From NCBI GenBank assembly GCA_964016885.1, contig OZ024757.1:21638001-21702000 (forward strand): 64,000 nt of DNA, written 5' to 3'. Both the position numbers and the translations under genes were made by a program. A model generated the notes under the pieces. That model had not been told where the DNA came from. It made no database searches and saw only the letters and a list, made by a program, of their open reading frames with translations. Each line of letters starts with the position of its first letter. Positions within the stretch are counted from its first letter, which is position 1. Of the stretch, positions 1 through 14,490 are shown one piece after another. The DNA comes from Eledone cirrhosa (taxonomy: Eukaryota).

Positions 1-169
1 AGCAACTCCATCAAGAATTAGGGACATTGAAGAGAGAATTTGATACACCTTCACACCCATCTCTCAGCAGCTGCTCCTAATCGAGCAGGACTTGGTGTCA
101 GAGTTCCTTTTGTTTTCTTTTTAAATAATTATGATTATATAATGAAAAAACTCCAATTAATCTTCATGC

Positions 170-537
170 TATCATGAGACTCTAGATCAAAGGTACTGAC
201 ACCACCACACCACACCACACCTCCAGATATTACAGAATGCAGCTGACAGGGCCAGTCTGTTCTGGTTCTTTCTATCATGAGACTGTAGACCAAACGTACT
301 GACACAACCACACCACCAGATATTACAGAATGCAGTTAACAGGGCCAGTGTGTTCTGGTTCTTTCTCTCATGAGACTGTAGACCAAACGTACTGACACAA
401 CCCCACCACCAGATATTACAGAATGCAGCTGACAGGGCCAGTGTGTTCTGGTTCTTTCTATCATGAGACTGTAGACCAAACGTACTGACACAACCACACC
501 ACCAGATATTACAGAATGCAGTTAACAGGGCCAGTAT
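170..537. repeat. 93-bp minisatellite, about 4 copies
   Basis: Repeating unit ctatcatgagactgtagaccaaacgtactgacacaacc...cagggccagtgtgttctggttcttt; 31-aa period in ORF 187..591. Confidence 0.9.
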
Positions 538-981
538 GGTAGATCTGGTTCTTCCTCTGTTTAATCCTTGTTCTAACACACACATGTACATAAAACTAAG
601 GATTTTTTAATTTAAGTACAAAGCCAATAATTTGTGGAGAGGGGGAAGTTGATTAAATCAACCCCAGTACTTGACTGGTACTTTATTTCACCAACTCTAG
701 AAGGATTTGAACTCAGAACATAAAGGGACATCACTAAATACTGCAAAGCATTTTGTTTGAAGCTCTATTGATTTAGGCACAAAGCCAACAAGTTGATTAT
801 ATCAACCCCAGTACTTAACTGGTACTTATTTTTATTGACCCCAGGAGGATGATAGGAAAAGTTGACCTCGGCAGGATTTGAACTCAGAATGTAAAGAGTT
901 GAAACAAATACTGCAAAACATGTTGTCCAATGCTCAACCAGTTCTGCTAATCTACTGATGAAACATGTACACCAAATTAAT

Positions 982-1167
982 TGTTTCTACTTTTAGGCAC
1001 AAGGCCAGCAATTACCCAGTGCATTACTGGTACTTTATTTTATCGACCCCTTAAGGATGAAAGGCAAAGTCAACCTCGGCGGGATTTGAACTCAGATCGT
1101 AAAGGGACGTAACTATGCGGGAAAGCATGGCGTCCGACCCTCTACCGATACTGCCAATCCACCGCCC
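982..1167 (-). mobile_element. tRNA-derived SINE, MetaSINE-like family, with 19-bp TSD
   Basis: Minus strand has B-box GAGTTCAAATCC and central gcctttcatcct...ggtcgataaaataaagtaccag (Meta domain-like); flanked by acatgtacaccaaattaat on both sides. Confidence 0.8.
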
Positions 1168-1534
1168 TACATGTACACCAAATTAATACTCTCAATCAAA
1201 TTAAGGTGATGTCCCTCCTTTTAGATCAATAATTATCTGTTCAATATCTGTTCTGATGCAGTTTATCTAAAACCAGTTTTAGACACAGTTTACAGACACC
1301 TTATGTCTTCAAGATATTCAATATATTTGAAGAATTTTGTGGCTTCTTGGTGGAGATTGGTTTAGTTGAATTGGTAGAGGAATTAGATATATTTAGAACA
1401 TATACTGTATAATATAAAGATATATACACGCACATACACACATATATACACAGATATATATACACATATATATATATACACATACATATGCACACACACA
1501 CAAATATATACATATATGCATATATAAGTATATA

Positions 1535-1603
<69 letters not shown>

Positions 1604-1674
1604 GTATATATGTATATATAAATATATATATATATAAATATATATATATGTATATATAAATATATATATATGTA

Positions 1675-1718
<44 letters not shown>

Positions 1719-1734
1719 AATATATATATATGTA

Positions 1735-1806
<72 letters not shown>

Positions 1807-1968
1807 CCTACTTTATGTGTTATACTGTATTAAACAATCTATTGTTGGCACTTAAACTAAGTATACACACAAATATGATTTCTTCCGTTTCTTATAAAGG
1901 TCTCGTGTATCACAGAAAGAAATATATGACATAATCAACTAAATTTATATCCATGTTATTTCTCCAAG

Positions 1969-2310
1969 ATGGCTTAGTGGTTAGAGCATTGGCCTTGCAA
2001 TCGAAAGGTTGTGAGTTCAATTCTCAAACCGGGTGATGTGTTGTTTCCTTGAGCAAGACACTTTATTTCACATTGCTCCAGTTTACTCAGCTGTAGAAAT
2101 GAGATGATAGGTACTGGGGTCCATATCATTCCACTGCAAAGTGGTCGTGGAGGTGCCACGACAATAAAGCACTCAGCACTCACTGTAAATGAGGTTGGTG
2201 TTCGGAAGGGCATCCAGCTGTAGAAATCAAGCCAGAATCAGTTCCTGTCCCACCCTTGCAAGCAGGGAAAAGCGGACGTAAAATGAAATGATGATGATGA
2301 TGATGATGAT
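1969..2310 (+). mobile_element. tRNA-derived SINE with RTE-type 3' tail
   Basis: A-box TGGCTTAGTGG, B-box GAGTTCAATTC, ccttgagcaagacactt body, tail cccacccttgcaagcagggaaaagcggacgtaaa(atg)n. Confidence 0.85.
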
Positions 2311-3217
2311 TCCATTCCATTTTATTTAAAAGACTTTATGGCTTCCTTGGTAAAGATTGGTTGAATTGCCAGGGAAGTAGATATATACAAGACATATACT
2401 GTATGATTGATTGATTTGTTAGGATTTGACCAGTTTGAAACTAGTAAGACCATTATTTAGCAGAGTACTTAATACTTGGAAAAGTAGAGTGTAAATATAA
2501 CAGAGAGTTAGGATCTGATAGCCGGGCTGTTGCCATTTGAGACAGCAAATTCCAAACTATCAAACAATATCAAGATAGCAAAGAGTCAAAATGCCTTCAA
2601 CGTTTAAGCAGGTAACAGGATTCAAGTTTTATGCAGAAGAAATTTATATAAAAAGAAACATGCAAGGTTACAAGTTTACCTGCGTTTGTTTCAAAAACAT
2701 TTGTTAGATTGCTGTAAAGAGTTGAAACAAATACTGCTAATCTACTGATGAAACATGTACACCAAATTAATACTCTCAATCAAATTAAGGTGATGTCCCT
2801 CCTTCTAGATCAATAATTATCTGTTCAATATCTGTTCTGATGCAGTTCATCTAAAACCAGTTTTAGACACAGTTTACAGACACCTTATGTCTTCAAGATA
2901 TTCAATATATTTGAAGAATTTTGTGGCTTCTTGGTGGAGATTGGTTTAGTTGAATTGGTAGAGGAATTAGATATATTTAGAACATATACCGTATAATATA
3001 AAGATATATACACACACACACACATATATATATACACAGATATATATATACATATATATATGAAAAGTGTAAGTTTCTACACAAAACGAAGGTTATAGAG
3101 AAAATTGAGGTTGGTAATGGCACATGGAATATATAAGAGACAGAATACTTTTTTGTGAAAAAACATATAATTATATATATATACACATACATATGCATAC
3201 ACTCACAAATATATACA

Positions 3218-3296
<79 letters not shown>

Positions 3297-3349
3297 TAGA
3301 CACTACCTTGCTCACAAATGTCTATTTTAATTTTCATATCATGTCTCCC

Positions 3350-3420
3350 TATTTTATCTGATGAGAACGCAAATATCGTCCCTGGATGATATTTGTTTTT
3401 GAAATGCGCATAACAAAATA
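3350..3420 (+). ncRNA. Minimal type I hammerhead ribozyme (Penelope-like)
   Basis: tattttat CTGATGA gaacgcaaatatcgtc-cctg-gatgatatttgttttt GAAA tgcgca TA acaaaata; all three helices pair, helix III palindromic. Confidence 0.8.
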
Positions 3421-3452
3421 CATGGAACTTTTTTAACCATCTTTTAATTTCT

Positions 3453-3536
<84 letters not shown>

Positions 3537-4121
3537 GCATATGTATGTATGTATTTATATATATATATATAGAGAGAGAGAGATAGCTTCCTACTTTATG
3601 TGTTATACTGTATTAAACAATCTATTGTTGGCACTTAAACTAGTTTGTTTATTCAGTTATACGAAAAGTATTTGAAAAGCATTTGGCCATTATATTTCGT
3701 CACTTGGCATATTATATCGAAAAGTATATATTGTATACATAGAGAGAAATATATACTTATATATATACACACACTAGGTGTATGTATATATACACACTAG
3801 ATGTATATATATACACACTAGATGTATATAATTATTGTGTTCTTTTCCAGTTGTTCTGTAAATAAATGTTATATTATAACCATATTGAAATGTGTGTAGA
3901 AATGAAAGAATAAATAATAATTTAATATCTTTGACTTCTTTATAATATTGAATATATATATCTTTTGTCATAAATATCACCAGTCTGGGGAACAGATCAA
4001 TACTGGAGTTGGGTCCATAACTTCTATGGGTCACCCTGAGCCAATCCTCTGCAAAACGCGCATAACAGTTCGATATGCAATAAATATTTTTCATATCTAA
4101 ACGAAACTTCCTCGTTTTTTT

Positions 4122-4345
4122 TCTATATATATCTATATACATAAATGGAAATTTCTGTCTGTTTGTGAACCTAAAACTCAAAAACTACCAAACAGATCTT
4201 CATGAAACTTGACACGTGTGTAGGGCTCATGCCCATTTGATTTCTTACATATATTTCATTTTAATCAAAGAGTTCCCGGGGGGTTCAAACTCCCGCTGAG
4301 AAACCCCACTTAATTTTTTTCGTTTCGATTTATGTCTAGCTAGAC
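4122..4345 (+). mobile_element. Non-autonomous Helitron-like 5' fragment
   Basis: TCTATAT...AAATGGAAATTTCTGTCTGT start and cagatcttcatgaaacttg, resembling short invertebrate Helitrons. Confidence 0.4.
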
Positions 4346-4761
4346 ATATAGATAGATGAGAACTGTGTTGAAGCTACACGTCTGTGGAATGCTCAGCCAC
4401 TTGCATAATAGTTTTCAATTAAGGCAAAAGGCTAACAATTTTGGGCGATGGCAAGTCGATTAAATTGACCCCAGTAGATTACTGGTACATTATTTTATCA
4501 ACCCCAATAGGATGAAAGACAAAGTTGACCTCAGTGGGATTTGAAATCAAAATATAAAGGGATGCGACTACATGCTGCAAAGCCTATTGCGCTAATGATG
4601 GACTGTACCTGTAATTCAATGTGTCAGCCTTGTCACACACTGTGTCATGTTGAATCTCCCTGAGAATCTAAACTATAATAAAGTAAGGAGTGCGGGACTG
4701 CGTCCAGAATATATTTTTTTACCCTGTTTGTAAAATAAGTTGAATTACTTTGAATAAATAA

Positions 4762-4948
4762 TTGTTTCTATTTTAGGCACAAGGCCAGCAATTACCCAGT
4801 GCATTACTGGTACTTTATTTTATCGACCCCGTAAGGATGAAAGGCAAAGTCAACCTCGGCGGGATTTGAACTCAGATCGTAAAGGGACGTAACTATGCTG
4901 GAAAGCATGGCGTCCGACCCTCTACCGATACTGCCAATCCACCGCCCT
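4762..4948 (-). mobile_element. MetaSINE-like SINE with TSD
   Basis: Near-identical to 982-1167; TSD ttactttgaataaataat. Confidence 0.8.
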
Positions 4949-5563
4949 ATTTACTTTGAATAAATAATGAATGAACATTACATAATTTATCTACTATATT
5001 TCGTAACTCTTGATTAAATATATTTCATTGCTTATTTTGAGATTCACTCCTTTAAAATGTTCAAATGTCAACACTTCCGGTTAGCGATCACTTAAATAAA
5101 CATACATATATTTCTGTCACTAATTTTCTCCTAATGCAGTTTATATATAATATCGTCTTTTTTTAATGTATCATGGATTACGTTACTGATTACAGAAGAC
5201 AGTGTAACGCAGTCTTCGTTCAATTTCTGTGTATATTGTCAATTACGATTTTATTTGATGTATCATATCTACATGTATATATACCTGTGTATAATATCAA
5301 TATACACACTACACATACCAGCAGAAAACCACCCGAACGGTGGTTTTTCTGCTAGTTACATTCATGGCATATGTGTCTGAGGAATACTCAGCCACTTATA
5401 ATACAATACAAGATGGTCTGTACATGTAATTCAAAGAGCAAGTCTTGTTACACACTGTGTCATGCTGAATCTCCCTCAGAATTACATTGAGGGTACACAT
5501 GTCTGTGGAATACTCAAGAATGCTCAGCCACTTACACAACAATTTCACTTGCAGTCTGTCATT

Positions 5564-5792
5564 TTAACCCTTTAACATTTATATTACTCTATATATACTA
5601 TTGTATTTTCTCAGTAAAGGCTTTATCTCACATAATTATTTCACATAATATTGAATGCATGAGATTTTGATATTATTTATTTTGAGATTAATGCCTTAAC
5701 ATCAGTATCAGCAGCTGGTTACAGCCGGTTTGAATAGAAAGAGGTGAGAGAATTCTGGGCGGTTACGGCTGGTTTAAATGCTAAAGGGTTAA
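5564..5792. mobile_element. piggyBac-type MITE (monomer form)
   Basis: TTAA-CCCTTTA...TAAAGGG-TTAA termini. Confidence 0.7.
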
Positions 5793-6261
5793 AGAAGTGG
5801 AACAAATACTTATTGTCAATGGACAACCAACAGAGGTAGGTCCATTCTAAAGATTGCTCATCACATGCCTGTGAAATAGTCAGCCAGTTACACAATAATT
5901 TCACTGGCAGACCGTCACTTTGATCAAACAACTGGAACACTTGTCGATAACCAACAGAGGGGGAGAGTTGGGGGGTGAGGTCCATTCCAAAGATTGATCA
6001 TTGATCATTGATGATTCTTGGCTGAAGAAGATGATTATTCTCTGACTAAGAAGAAGAAGGATGATTCTCAAATAAGACAGTCTGTTGAACCAGCTCAGCA
6101 TGAATCAATGTGTGGATCAAATATTTCAGCTTCATTATCTATGGTAAGATCAAATTGAGCAACTATTTTATTACATCACACAGCAGGTAGTCAAAACATT
6201 GTTCAGGTTAACGGACCATGAGATATGCCAGTGCTGTCTATTGTAGAAGATTTTGTTAGTC

Positions 6262-8021
6262 ATATATATATATATGAGTGTGTGTGTTTTATTGTATGTG
6301 TGTATGTATATGTATATTGTGTGTGTATGTGTATGTATATATATATTGTATGTGTATGTATGTATACTGTGTATTGGTATTGTATGTGTGTATGTATATT
6401 ATGTGTGTGTATTATGTGTATGTATATTGTGTATGTATATTATGTGTATCTATGTATATTGTGTGTATATGTGTATGTATGTATATTGGGTATTGTATGT
6501 GTGTATGTATATCATGTGTATGTATGTATATTGTGTGTATGATGTGTATGTATGTATATTGGGTATTGTATGTGCGTATGTGTATTATGAGTATGTATGT
6601 ATATTGTGTGTATGTGTATGTATATTGTGTGTATGTATGTATGTATGTATATGTATATTGTGTGTATGTATGTATGTATATGTATGTGTGTATATGTGTA
6701 TGTATATATGTATGTATGTATATGTGTATATATGTATGTATATATATTGTGTGTATATGTGTATGTATGTATGTATATGTATATTGTGTGTATGTATATG
6801 TATATGTGTATGTATATATGTATATATGTATGTATGTATGTATATGTGTATATATGTATGTATGTATATTGTGTATATATGTATGTATATTGTGTATATA
6901 TGTATATTGTATGTATGTATGTATATGTATATGTATGTATGTATATTGTGTGTATATGTGTATGTATGTATGTATATGTATATTGTATGTATGTATGTAT
7001 ATGCATATGTATGTATGTATGTGTGTATATGTGTATGTATATATGTATGTATGTATGTATATGTGTATATATGTATGTATGTATATTGTGTGTATATGTG
7101 TATGTATGTATGTATATGTATATTGTATGTATGTATGTATATGTATGTATGTATGTATGTGTGTATATGTGTATGTATGTATGTATGTATGTATGTATGT
7201 ATATGTGTATATATGTATGTATATTGTGTGTATATGTGTATGCATGTATGTATGTATGTATATGTATATAGTGTGTATGTATGTATGTATATGTATATGT
7301 ATATTGTATGTATGTATATGTGTATATGTCTATGTATATATGTATGTATATATGTATATATGTATGTATGTATGTATGTATGTACATGTGTATATATGTA
7401 TGTATGTATATGTGTGTATGTGTATGTATATGTGTGTATGTATATGTGTATATATGTATGTATGTATATTGTGTGTATGTGTGTATGTATGTATGTATGT
7501 ATGTATATGTATATTGTATGTATATATGTATAAGTATGTATGTATGTATATGTATATGTATAAGTATGTATGTATGTATATGTCTATGTATATATGTATA
7601 TATATATGTATGTATGTATGTATGTACATGTGTATATATGTGTGTATGTATATTGTGTATATGTGTATGCATGTATGTATGTATGTATATGTATATTGTG
7701 TGTATGTATGTATGTATGTATGTATATGTATATGTATGTATGTATGTATATATATATGTATGTATGTGTATATGTGTATATATGTATGTACATGTGTATG
7801 TATATGTGTATATGTCTATGTATATATGTATGTATGTATGTATGTATATATGTATATATGTATGTATGTGTGTATATTGTGTGTATGTATGTATGTGTAT
7901 AAGTATGTATGTATGTATATGTGTATATGTCTATGTATATATGTATATATGTATGTATGTATGTATGTATATGTGTATATATGTATGTACATATGTATGT
8001 ATATGTGTGTATATATGTGTG
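6262..8021. repeat. Degenerate (TATG/TG/TA)n microsatellite field
   Basis: Direct inspection. Confidence 0.95.
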
Positions 8022-8356
8022 TCTTTTATGCAATATTCCCCAATATTGCCTCCAATAATTCCACCATGATTCAACATCTAATCAAGATCTGATGATGAAA
8101 CACAAACCAATACCTAGGAGTGGAGAGGGTGGAGTCACGGGGAGGTTCCGTGGGTGGGTGGGGCACAGTCCAGAGCTATCAGCACTGTCAGTGAAGGTGG
8201 GGGCAACAGTCCAGAGCTATCAGCACTGTCAGGGGAAGGGGCAGGACCCAGATTGTTGCCAAAATCACTGAAGTAATAAATTTGACCAACCATGAATACT
8301 TCATGTCATTACATGTTAACCTTTTTGTACAGTTTTGTTTGATTTGATTTTTATGG

Positions 8357-9153
8357 TTTGTGTGTGTGTGTTTATGTTTGTGTTTATGCTTGTGTATGTA
8401 TGTGTGTGTGTGTGTTTATGTTTGTGTATGTGTGTGTGTTTATGTTTGCGTATGAATGTGTGTGTGTTTGTGTTTTTTGTTTGTGTGTGTGTTTACGTTT
8501 GTGTATCTATGTGTGTGTATGTGTGTGTGTTTATTTTTGTGTATGTATGTGTGTGTGTTTATGTTTGTGCATCTATGTGTGTGTATGTATGCGTGTGTGT
8601 GTTTATGTTTGTGTATGTGTGTGTTTATGTTTGTGTATCTATGTGTGTATATGTGTGTGTGGGTGTGTTTATGTTTGTGTATGTGTGTGTGTGTGTTTAT
8701 GTTTGTGTGTGTGTATGTATGTGTGTGTGTGTTTAAGTTTGTGTGTGTGTTTATGCTTGTGTATGTATGTGTGTTTGTGTGTGTGTTTATGTGTGTGTAT
8801 GTGTGTGTGTGTGTTTATGTTTGTGTATGTATGTGTGTGTGTGTGTGTTTATGTTTGTGTATGTATGTGTGTGTGTTTATGTTTATGTATGTATGTGTGT
8901 GTGTGTGTGTGTGTGTTTATGTTTGTGTATGTATGTGTATGTGTGTGTTTATGATTATGTATGTGTGTGTTTATGTTTATGTATGTATGCATGTGTGTGT
9001 GTTTGTTTGTGTATGTATATGTATGTGTTTATGTGTGTGTGTGTGTTTGTTTATGTTTGTGTATGTATGTGTGTGTGTGTGTGTTTATGTGTGTGTACGT
9101 GTATGTGTTTGTGTGTCTGTTTATGTTTGTGTGTGTATGTGTGCTTGTGTATG
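8357..9153. repeat. (TG)n-rich degenerate repeat
   Basis: Direct inspection. Confidence 0.9.
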
Positions 9154-9197
9154 TTTCGTGGTGCCACTTTATCACGCTAGCATGAAAACGAATGTAC

Positions 9198-9277
9198 GAT
9201 GACAGTGATGCTGATGATGATGATGATGGTGATGATGGTGATGATGATGATGGTGGGGATGATAATGATGATGGTGG

Positions 9278-9332
<55 letters not shown>

Positions 9333-9394
9333 GGTGGTGATGATGATGGTGGCGATGATGATGGTGGCGATGATGATGGTGATGATGATGATGG

Positions 9395-9440
<46 letters not shown>

Positions 9441-9460
9441 GATGGTGGCGATGATGATGG

Positions 9461-9518
<58 letters not shown>

Positions 9519-9930
9519 GATGGTGATGATGATGGTGATGATGACGATGGTGATGGTGATGCTGATGGTGATAATGATGGTGAAGATGATGATGGTGATA
9601 CTGATGACGATGATGATGATGATGGTGATGATGATGATGGTGATGATGGTGATGATGATGATGATGATGGTGAAGATGATGATGATGATAATGATGGTGA
9701 TGACGATGATGATGATGATGGTGATGATGATGGTGATGACAGTGATGAAGCAGAGAGATACTTTATGCTGAAGACGATGATGGTGGTGATGGTGACGCTG
9801 GTATTACTATCTATTTGAAACATGCAGAGACAATACACTTGATAAGGACGATGATGACGATGATGATGATGATGATGATGATGATCTCGATCATCATATC
9901 ATCATCACCACCATCATCATCATCATCATG
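9198..9930. repeat. (GAT/GGT)n trinucleotide field
   Basis: Direct inspection; source of poly-D/M/S ORFs. Confidence 0.95.
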
Positions 9931-10217
9931 ATTATTTTATTAGGTTTAGGTTTGCTTTCCTCTTTTTTCCATCTGTTCATCTATCCATCTGTCTGTCTGT
10001 CAAATATACAGCAGGCAGCAGATGTAGAGAAACCTAAGTGTATCAGATGGAGTAATTCTCTGACTTTTAACTGCCAGAATCACTTCCTATCAAATATGTC
10101 CAACAATATCTGAAGGAATCACATACATATAGAGTTGAGTTTAATTAGGGAAAATACCACAGAAAACAGCACAAAGCACAACAAAAACAAAAAAAAAAGC
10201 AATAAAATTGATATGTT

Positions 10218-10493
10218 CATCATCGTCATCACCACCGTTTTACGTCCGTCCGTTCTTCTACGCTAGCATGGGTTAGACGGGTTGTCCTGTTGTGGGCAGT
10301 GTCTGGTCGGCTGACCATGCCTTGCTCATACAGGAACTGATTTGGCTTGATTTCTACAGCTGGATGCCCTTCCTAACACCAACCTCATTTACAATGAGTG
10401 CTGGGTGCTTTTTTCTGTGGCACCTCCATGTCCACTTTACAGTGGGGGCTGGGGGCTTTTTTGCCGTGGCACCTCCACGACCACTTTGCAGTG
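10218..10493 (-). mobile_element. Partial SINE of the RTE-tailed family
   Basis: Shares ggatgcccttcctaacaccaacc module and (cat)n tail with other copies. Confidence 0.7.
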
Positions 10494-11349
10494 AGAGGGT
10501 GACCAGTTTTAAACTAGTAAGACCATTATTCAGTGTATAGTACTCAATACTTGGGATAATAGAATGTAACTATATCAAAGAGAGAGAGAGTCAAGGCATG
10601 GCAGCTGAGCTCTTGTCAATGTGGGTGGCAGGCAGATGAAATGTAGAAAAGATTGAAAGAGGAAGACGACAAGAAGTGTGTTGGTGCACAGAAGTGACTG
10701 GAAGAAGGAAATGAAGAAAGGAGATGTACAAGACAAGTTTACACCCATATATCCTCATCATCATCAGCTTCCGAACCAGCAAAATGGTTTTGCAATATTT
10801 AATTGAGTGTACCATTTAAAATGCTAGATCATGCAACAGGAAAATAAATCTTTCTGCTGGTATAATGTAGTGTGTGATAATACAAACACTACAAATAGAA
10901 GGACAAAAGAAAACAAAGAAAAGGAAAATTCTGGCGTTCTGTGTCTTTTGTTTGTATTTTTATTTTCAAAAAATAATTTTTTAAGGTTTCCCATTCAAAA
11001 AATTGTTTTTCATTTTGTCTTGTTTCCATTCATAGTCTTGTTTTCTATTTGTTAATTTTTCTACACACAGAGACACATATATCTATTAATTTCAACAATG
11101 TCAGTATTCTGTGTGTCATAATTCCCTATTATCATTGGTTCATAGGTTTCAAACGACTCTGCCCACCTCAACGATGCCAAACTTAAATTAATATGCATAA
11201 TGCCAATGAGGCAGTGACGGAGGAGAGTAAGAAAGGCAAAGTGAATGCTGTAACTATTACCATGTGTGCGTGTGTATGTACGTGTGCTTATGTTTATGTG
11301 TGTGTGTGCATGCGTGCAGTGTTCCACAGAAAGTAAAAGCAATTCAACT

Positions 11350-11931
11350 TTATCAAACAGTGAACTACAGCAGCGACGGCGTGCAGCCAGGAATGAAGAA
11401 AAATGGTCTGAACAGCGCCATCGGAACGCCGAACTTCAGACGCGAAGACGTGCCGCCATGAATGAAGAGGAGCTGGCAGAACAACGCCAACGAAACACTG
11501 GAGCCAAGCAGCGACAGTGTGCTGCGATGGTTGAAGACGACCTGGCTGAGCATCATCTGTTATATTAATTATCTATATCTATATCTACATATAATATAAA
11601 AGATTGGAACTTCCATCATCCTTTTGAGAAACGTGGAACAAGCACGTCTATACATTGATATACATTTTACAGTCAGGCAGAAGATGAACCATCTCCTAGA
11701 GGTCACTATTCTAGGTGGCCGCACCTAGTATTGTTCATATACTATGAACAAACGGTACAACGAAGAATCTGGACTATCTGGAAGATTTATTTTACTGTTT
11801 TTTTGTATCACACGGATACCACGGACTCGCCTCATACTGTAACCAGACAAACATCCAATACAGTCATTTTCTCTTCTACCTGTCTTCTCTTATCATCTGT
11901 TTACCCGGGTGAAGCTGGGTACGTCAGCTAG
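11350..11931 (+). mobile_element. Helitron remnant(s)
   Basis: 3' hairpin cccgggtgaagctggg then CTAG at about 11904-11931; TCTATATCTAT start at about 11572; charged R/E/Q repeat peptide (RRRAAMNEEELAEQRQR) like Helitron Rep N-termini. Confidence 0.6.
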
Positions 11932-11952
11932 TATATATATATATATATATAT

Positions 11953-12024
11953 ACACACTGCAGACATTCCATATATATATATATATATATATATATACAT
12001 GTCCACATACACACTGCAGACATT

Positions 12025-12078
<54 letters not shown>

Positions 12079-12102
12079 GTTCACATACACACTGCAGACA
12101 TT

Positions 12103-12174
<72 letters not shown>

Positions 12175-12334
12175 ACCTACACACTGCAGACATTCCATAT
12201 ATATATATATATGTCCACCTACACACTGCAGACATTCCATATATATATATATATATATACATGTTCACATACACACTGCAGACATTCCATATATATATAT
12301 ATATATATGTCCACATACACACTGCAGACATTCC

Positions 12335-12365
<31 letters not shown>

Positions 12366-12392
12366 CATGTCCACCTACACACTGCTGACATT

Positions 12393-12432
<40 letters not shown>

Positions 12433-12596
12433 GTCCACATACACACTGCAGACATTCCATATATATATACATGTCCACCTACACACTGCAGACATTCCAT
12501 ATATATATATATACATGTCCACATTCACACTGCAGACATTCCATATATAAATATATATATACATATATATATGTCCACATACACACTGCAGACATT

Positions 12597-12635
<39 letters not shown>
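11953..12635. repeat. Array of about 12 conserved ~27-bp units separated by variable (TA)n
   Basis: Unit atgtccacatacacactgcagacattcc + (at)n. Confidence 0.9.
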
Positions 12636-12637
<2 letters not shown>

Positions 12638-13342
12638 GTTAAGGTATCATAACATGTATGAGGATTATGTTTCTCAATAGAATATACATATACACACATG
12701 ATGGGCTTCTGTAGTTTCTGCCAACCAAAATCCACTCATAGGTCATTTATCAAGCTGAAGCTATTGTACTTTGTCAAAAGACCCCTGTCTAAGGTGTCAA
12801 CTGGTCACTCTGAACCCAGAGAACAACATGGTTGTCAAGCAAACTCCTTCACCACACAGCCATGACTGAGCCCCATTAATAAAATCAAGCTGTATCATCA
12901 TCAAATATATAGATACGGAATTACTGAAGTAAAATGTTGATTTGAAGCAGATTGCTTCTGGTTGAACATAGAGAGGAGTGGCACGTGTGAAGTTAATCCC
13001 ATGGAAGTAAGATTGAGAGAAATAGATGAGGAAAAACTAAAGAAAGATATATATATATATATATATGAGGAAAAACTAAAGAAAGATATATATATATATA
13101 TATATAAGGTAATTATAAGATATGTGTAAGATAATTAGAAAATAATGTTTTCTAAATCAGGAGAATGGAAACCTTATATAAATGGAGGAACTTCACTGAT
13201 AATGAGTAAATACTGGGAGGGAGAGAGCGAGAGAGGAAGAGAGTAAGGAAGGAAGTGATGAAGGAAGGAAGAGAGAAAGGAAGGAAGAGAGAAAGAAAGT
13301 ATCTATGTATTATTTTATGAATCTTTACCAATAGAGGAGGAG

Positions 13343-13582
13343 TTAACCCTTTAGCATTCACATTACTCTATATATACTATTGTATTTTCATGGTAAAGGC
13401 TTTACCTCACATAATATCTCACATAACATTCACATTACTCTATATATACTATTGTATTTTCATGGTAAAGTCTTTACCTCACATAATATCTCACATAACA
13501 TTCACATTACTCTATATATACTATTGTATTTTCATGGTAAAGGCTTTACCTCACATAATATCTCACATAACATTCACATTAC
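13343..13582. mobile_element. piggyBac-type MITE end with 3x 72-bp internal repeat
   Basis: ttaaccctttagcattcacattactc start; 72-bp period. Confidence 0.7.
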
Positions 13583-14199
13583 ATCATGGCACCAGGATTA
13601 GGGAGTTTGTCATATCTTTAACACATCTGGTAATATCTCCCAATCCTCTGTTTGGAAAGTTTTCTATGAGTGGTTGTCCTTCCTATAACCAATCACTTTA
13701 CAGAGTGTACTGGGTGTATTTTATCATTCCACCAGCACTAGGGAGGTTGTCATGTCTTTAAGACGACTGAAAAGATCTCCCAACCTTTTGTTTTGTCAAT
13801 CCCTGTTTTGAATAATTTGGTCTCTAACCCTCCATAGGTCTGTGTCATATTTATTAACCCTTTAGCATTTAAACCAGCTGTATCTGGCCAGGATTCTCTC
13901 ACCTCTTTCTATTCAAACCGGCTACAACTAGCCACTCACACTGATGTTAAGGTATTGTTCTCAAAATAAATAATAACAAAATTTCAAAGATTCAATATTT
14001 TGTGAGATAATAATGTGAGGTAAAGCCTTTACTGTAAAAATATAATAGGAAATATAGAGTAATGTAAATGGTAAAACTAAGGACAAAATGTGATAAAAAC
14101 TGTACAATATAAATGGTAATAAGAAAACAAAAAAGAAAGAGATGGTAAAATGAAGAAGAAGAAATTAAGCAATGAAAGAAAGGGAAAGGGGGAGTGAGC

Positions 14200-14490
14200 G
14201 ACAGACTGTACATCTCAATCTAAGCAGAGTGTTTTAGCTGCACCAACAGAATGGACAATGACACCCACGCCTCCTCATGGACCTCCTTCTTCAGGTGGGT
14301 TGCTGACTCTAATTTTATGAAGGAAAAAAGAGCAGTTTGGGAACTGAAGACAGCTGAGGTGTTGGTGGGGACTGGCCTGGAAAAGAAGTGGTCATTTAAG
14401 TCCCAGTATTTGGTTATATTAATCTCCTCTGCATTGCAGGCAGCAGTGCCCAGGTTTGTGACTGAAGCAATATACATTTTCAGGCTGGAT
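14200..14490 (-). pseudogene. CRE-like non-LTR retrotransposon, C-terminal RLE domain fragment
   Basis: AACNAEEINITKYWDL..FF..PV.T.TSAVF peptide; 3' end similar to 45350-45620. Confidence 0.55.

Noticed and set aside
956-970. CTGATGAAACATGTA as an ultra-minimal hammerhead (also at 2745)
   Set aside because: No helix II and no helix I pairing
1969-2040. tRNA gene
   Set aside because: A/B boxes belong to a SINE head repeated many times with SINE body and tail
3774-4181. YARFAEDWL as a reverse-transcriptase active-site motif
   Set aside because: Lacks the DD pair and any other RT motif; AT-rich chance ORF
6225-9838. Long ORFs of 200-600 aa (VYMC-, HTYI-, poly-D/S/M-rich)
   Set aside because: Translations of stop-poor microsatellites, open in several frames on both strands
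11953-12635. CRISPR-like repeat-spacer appearance
   Set aside because: Spacers are pure (TA)n, no cas genes, eukaryotic context
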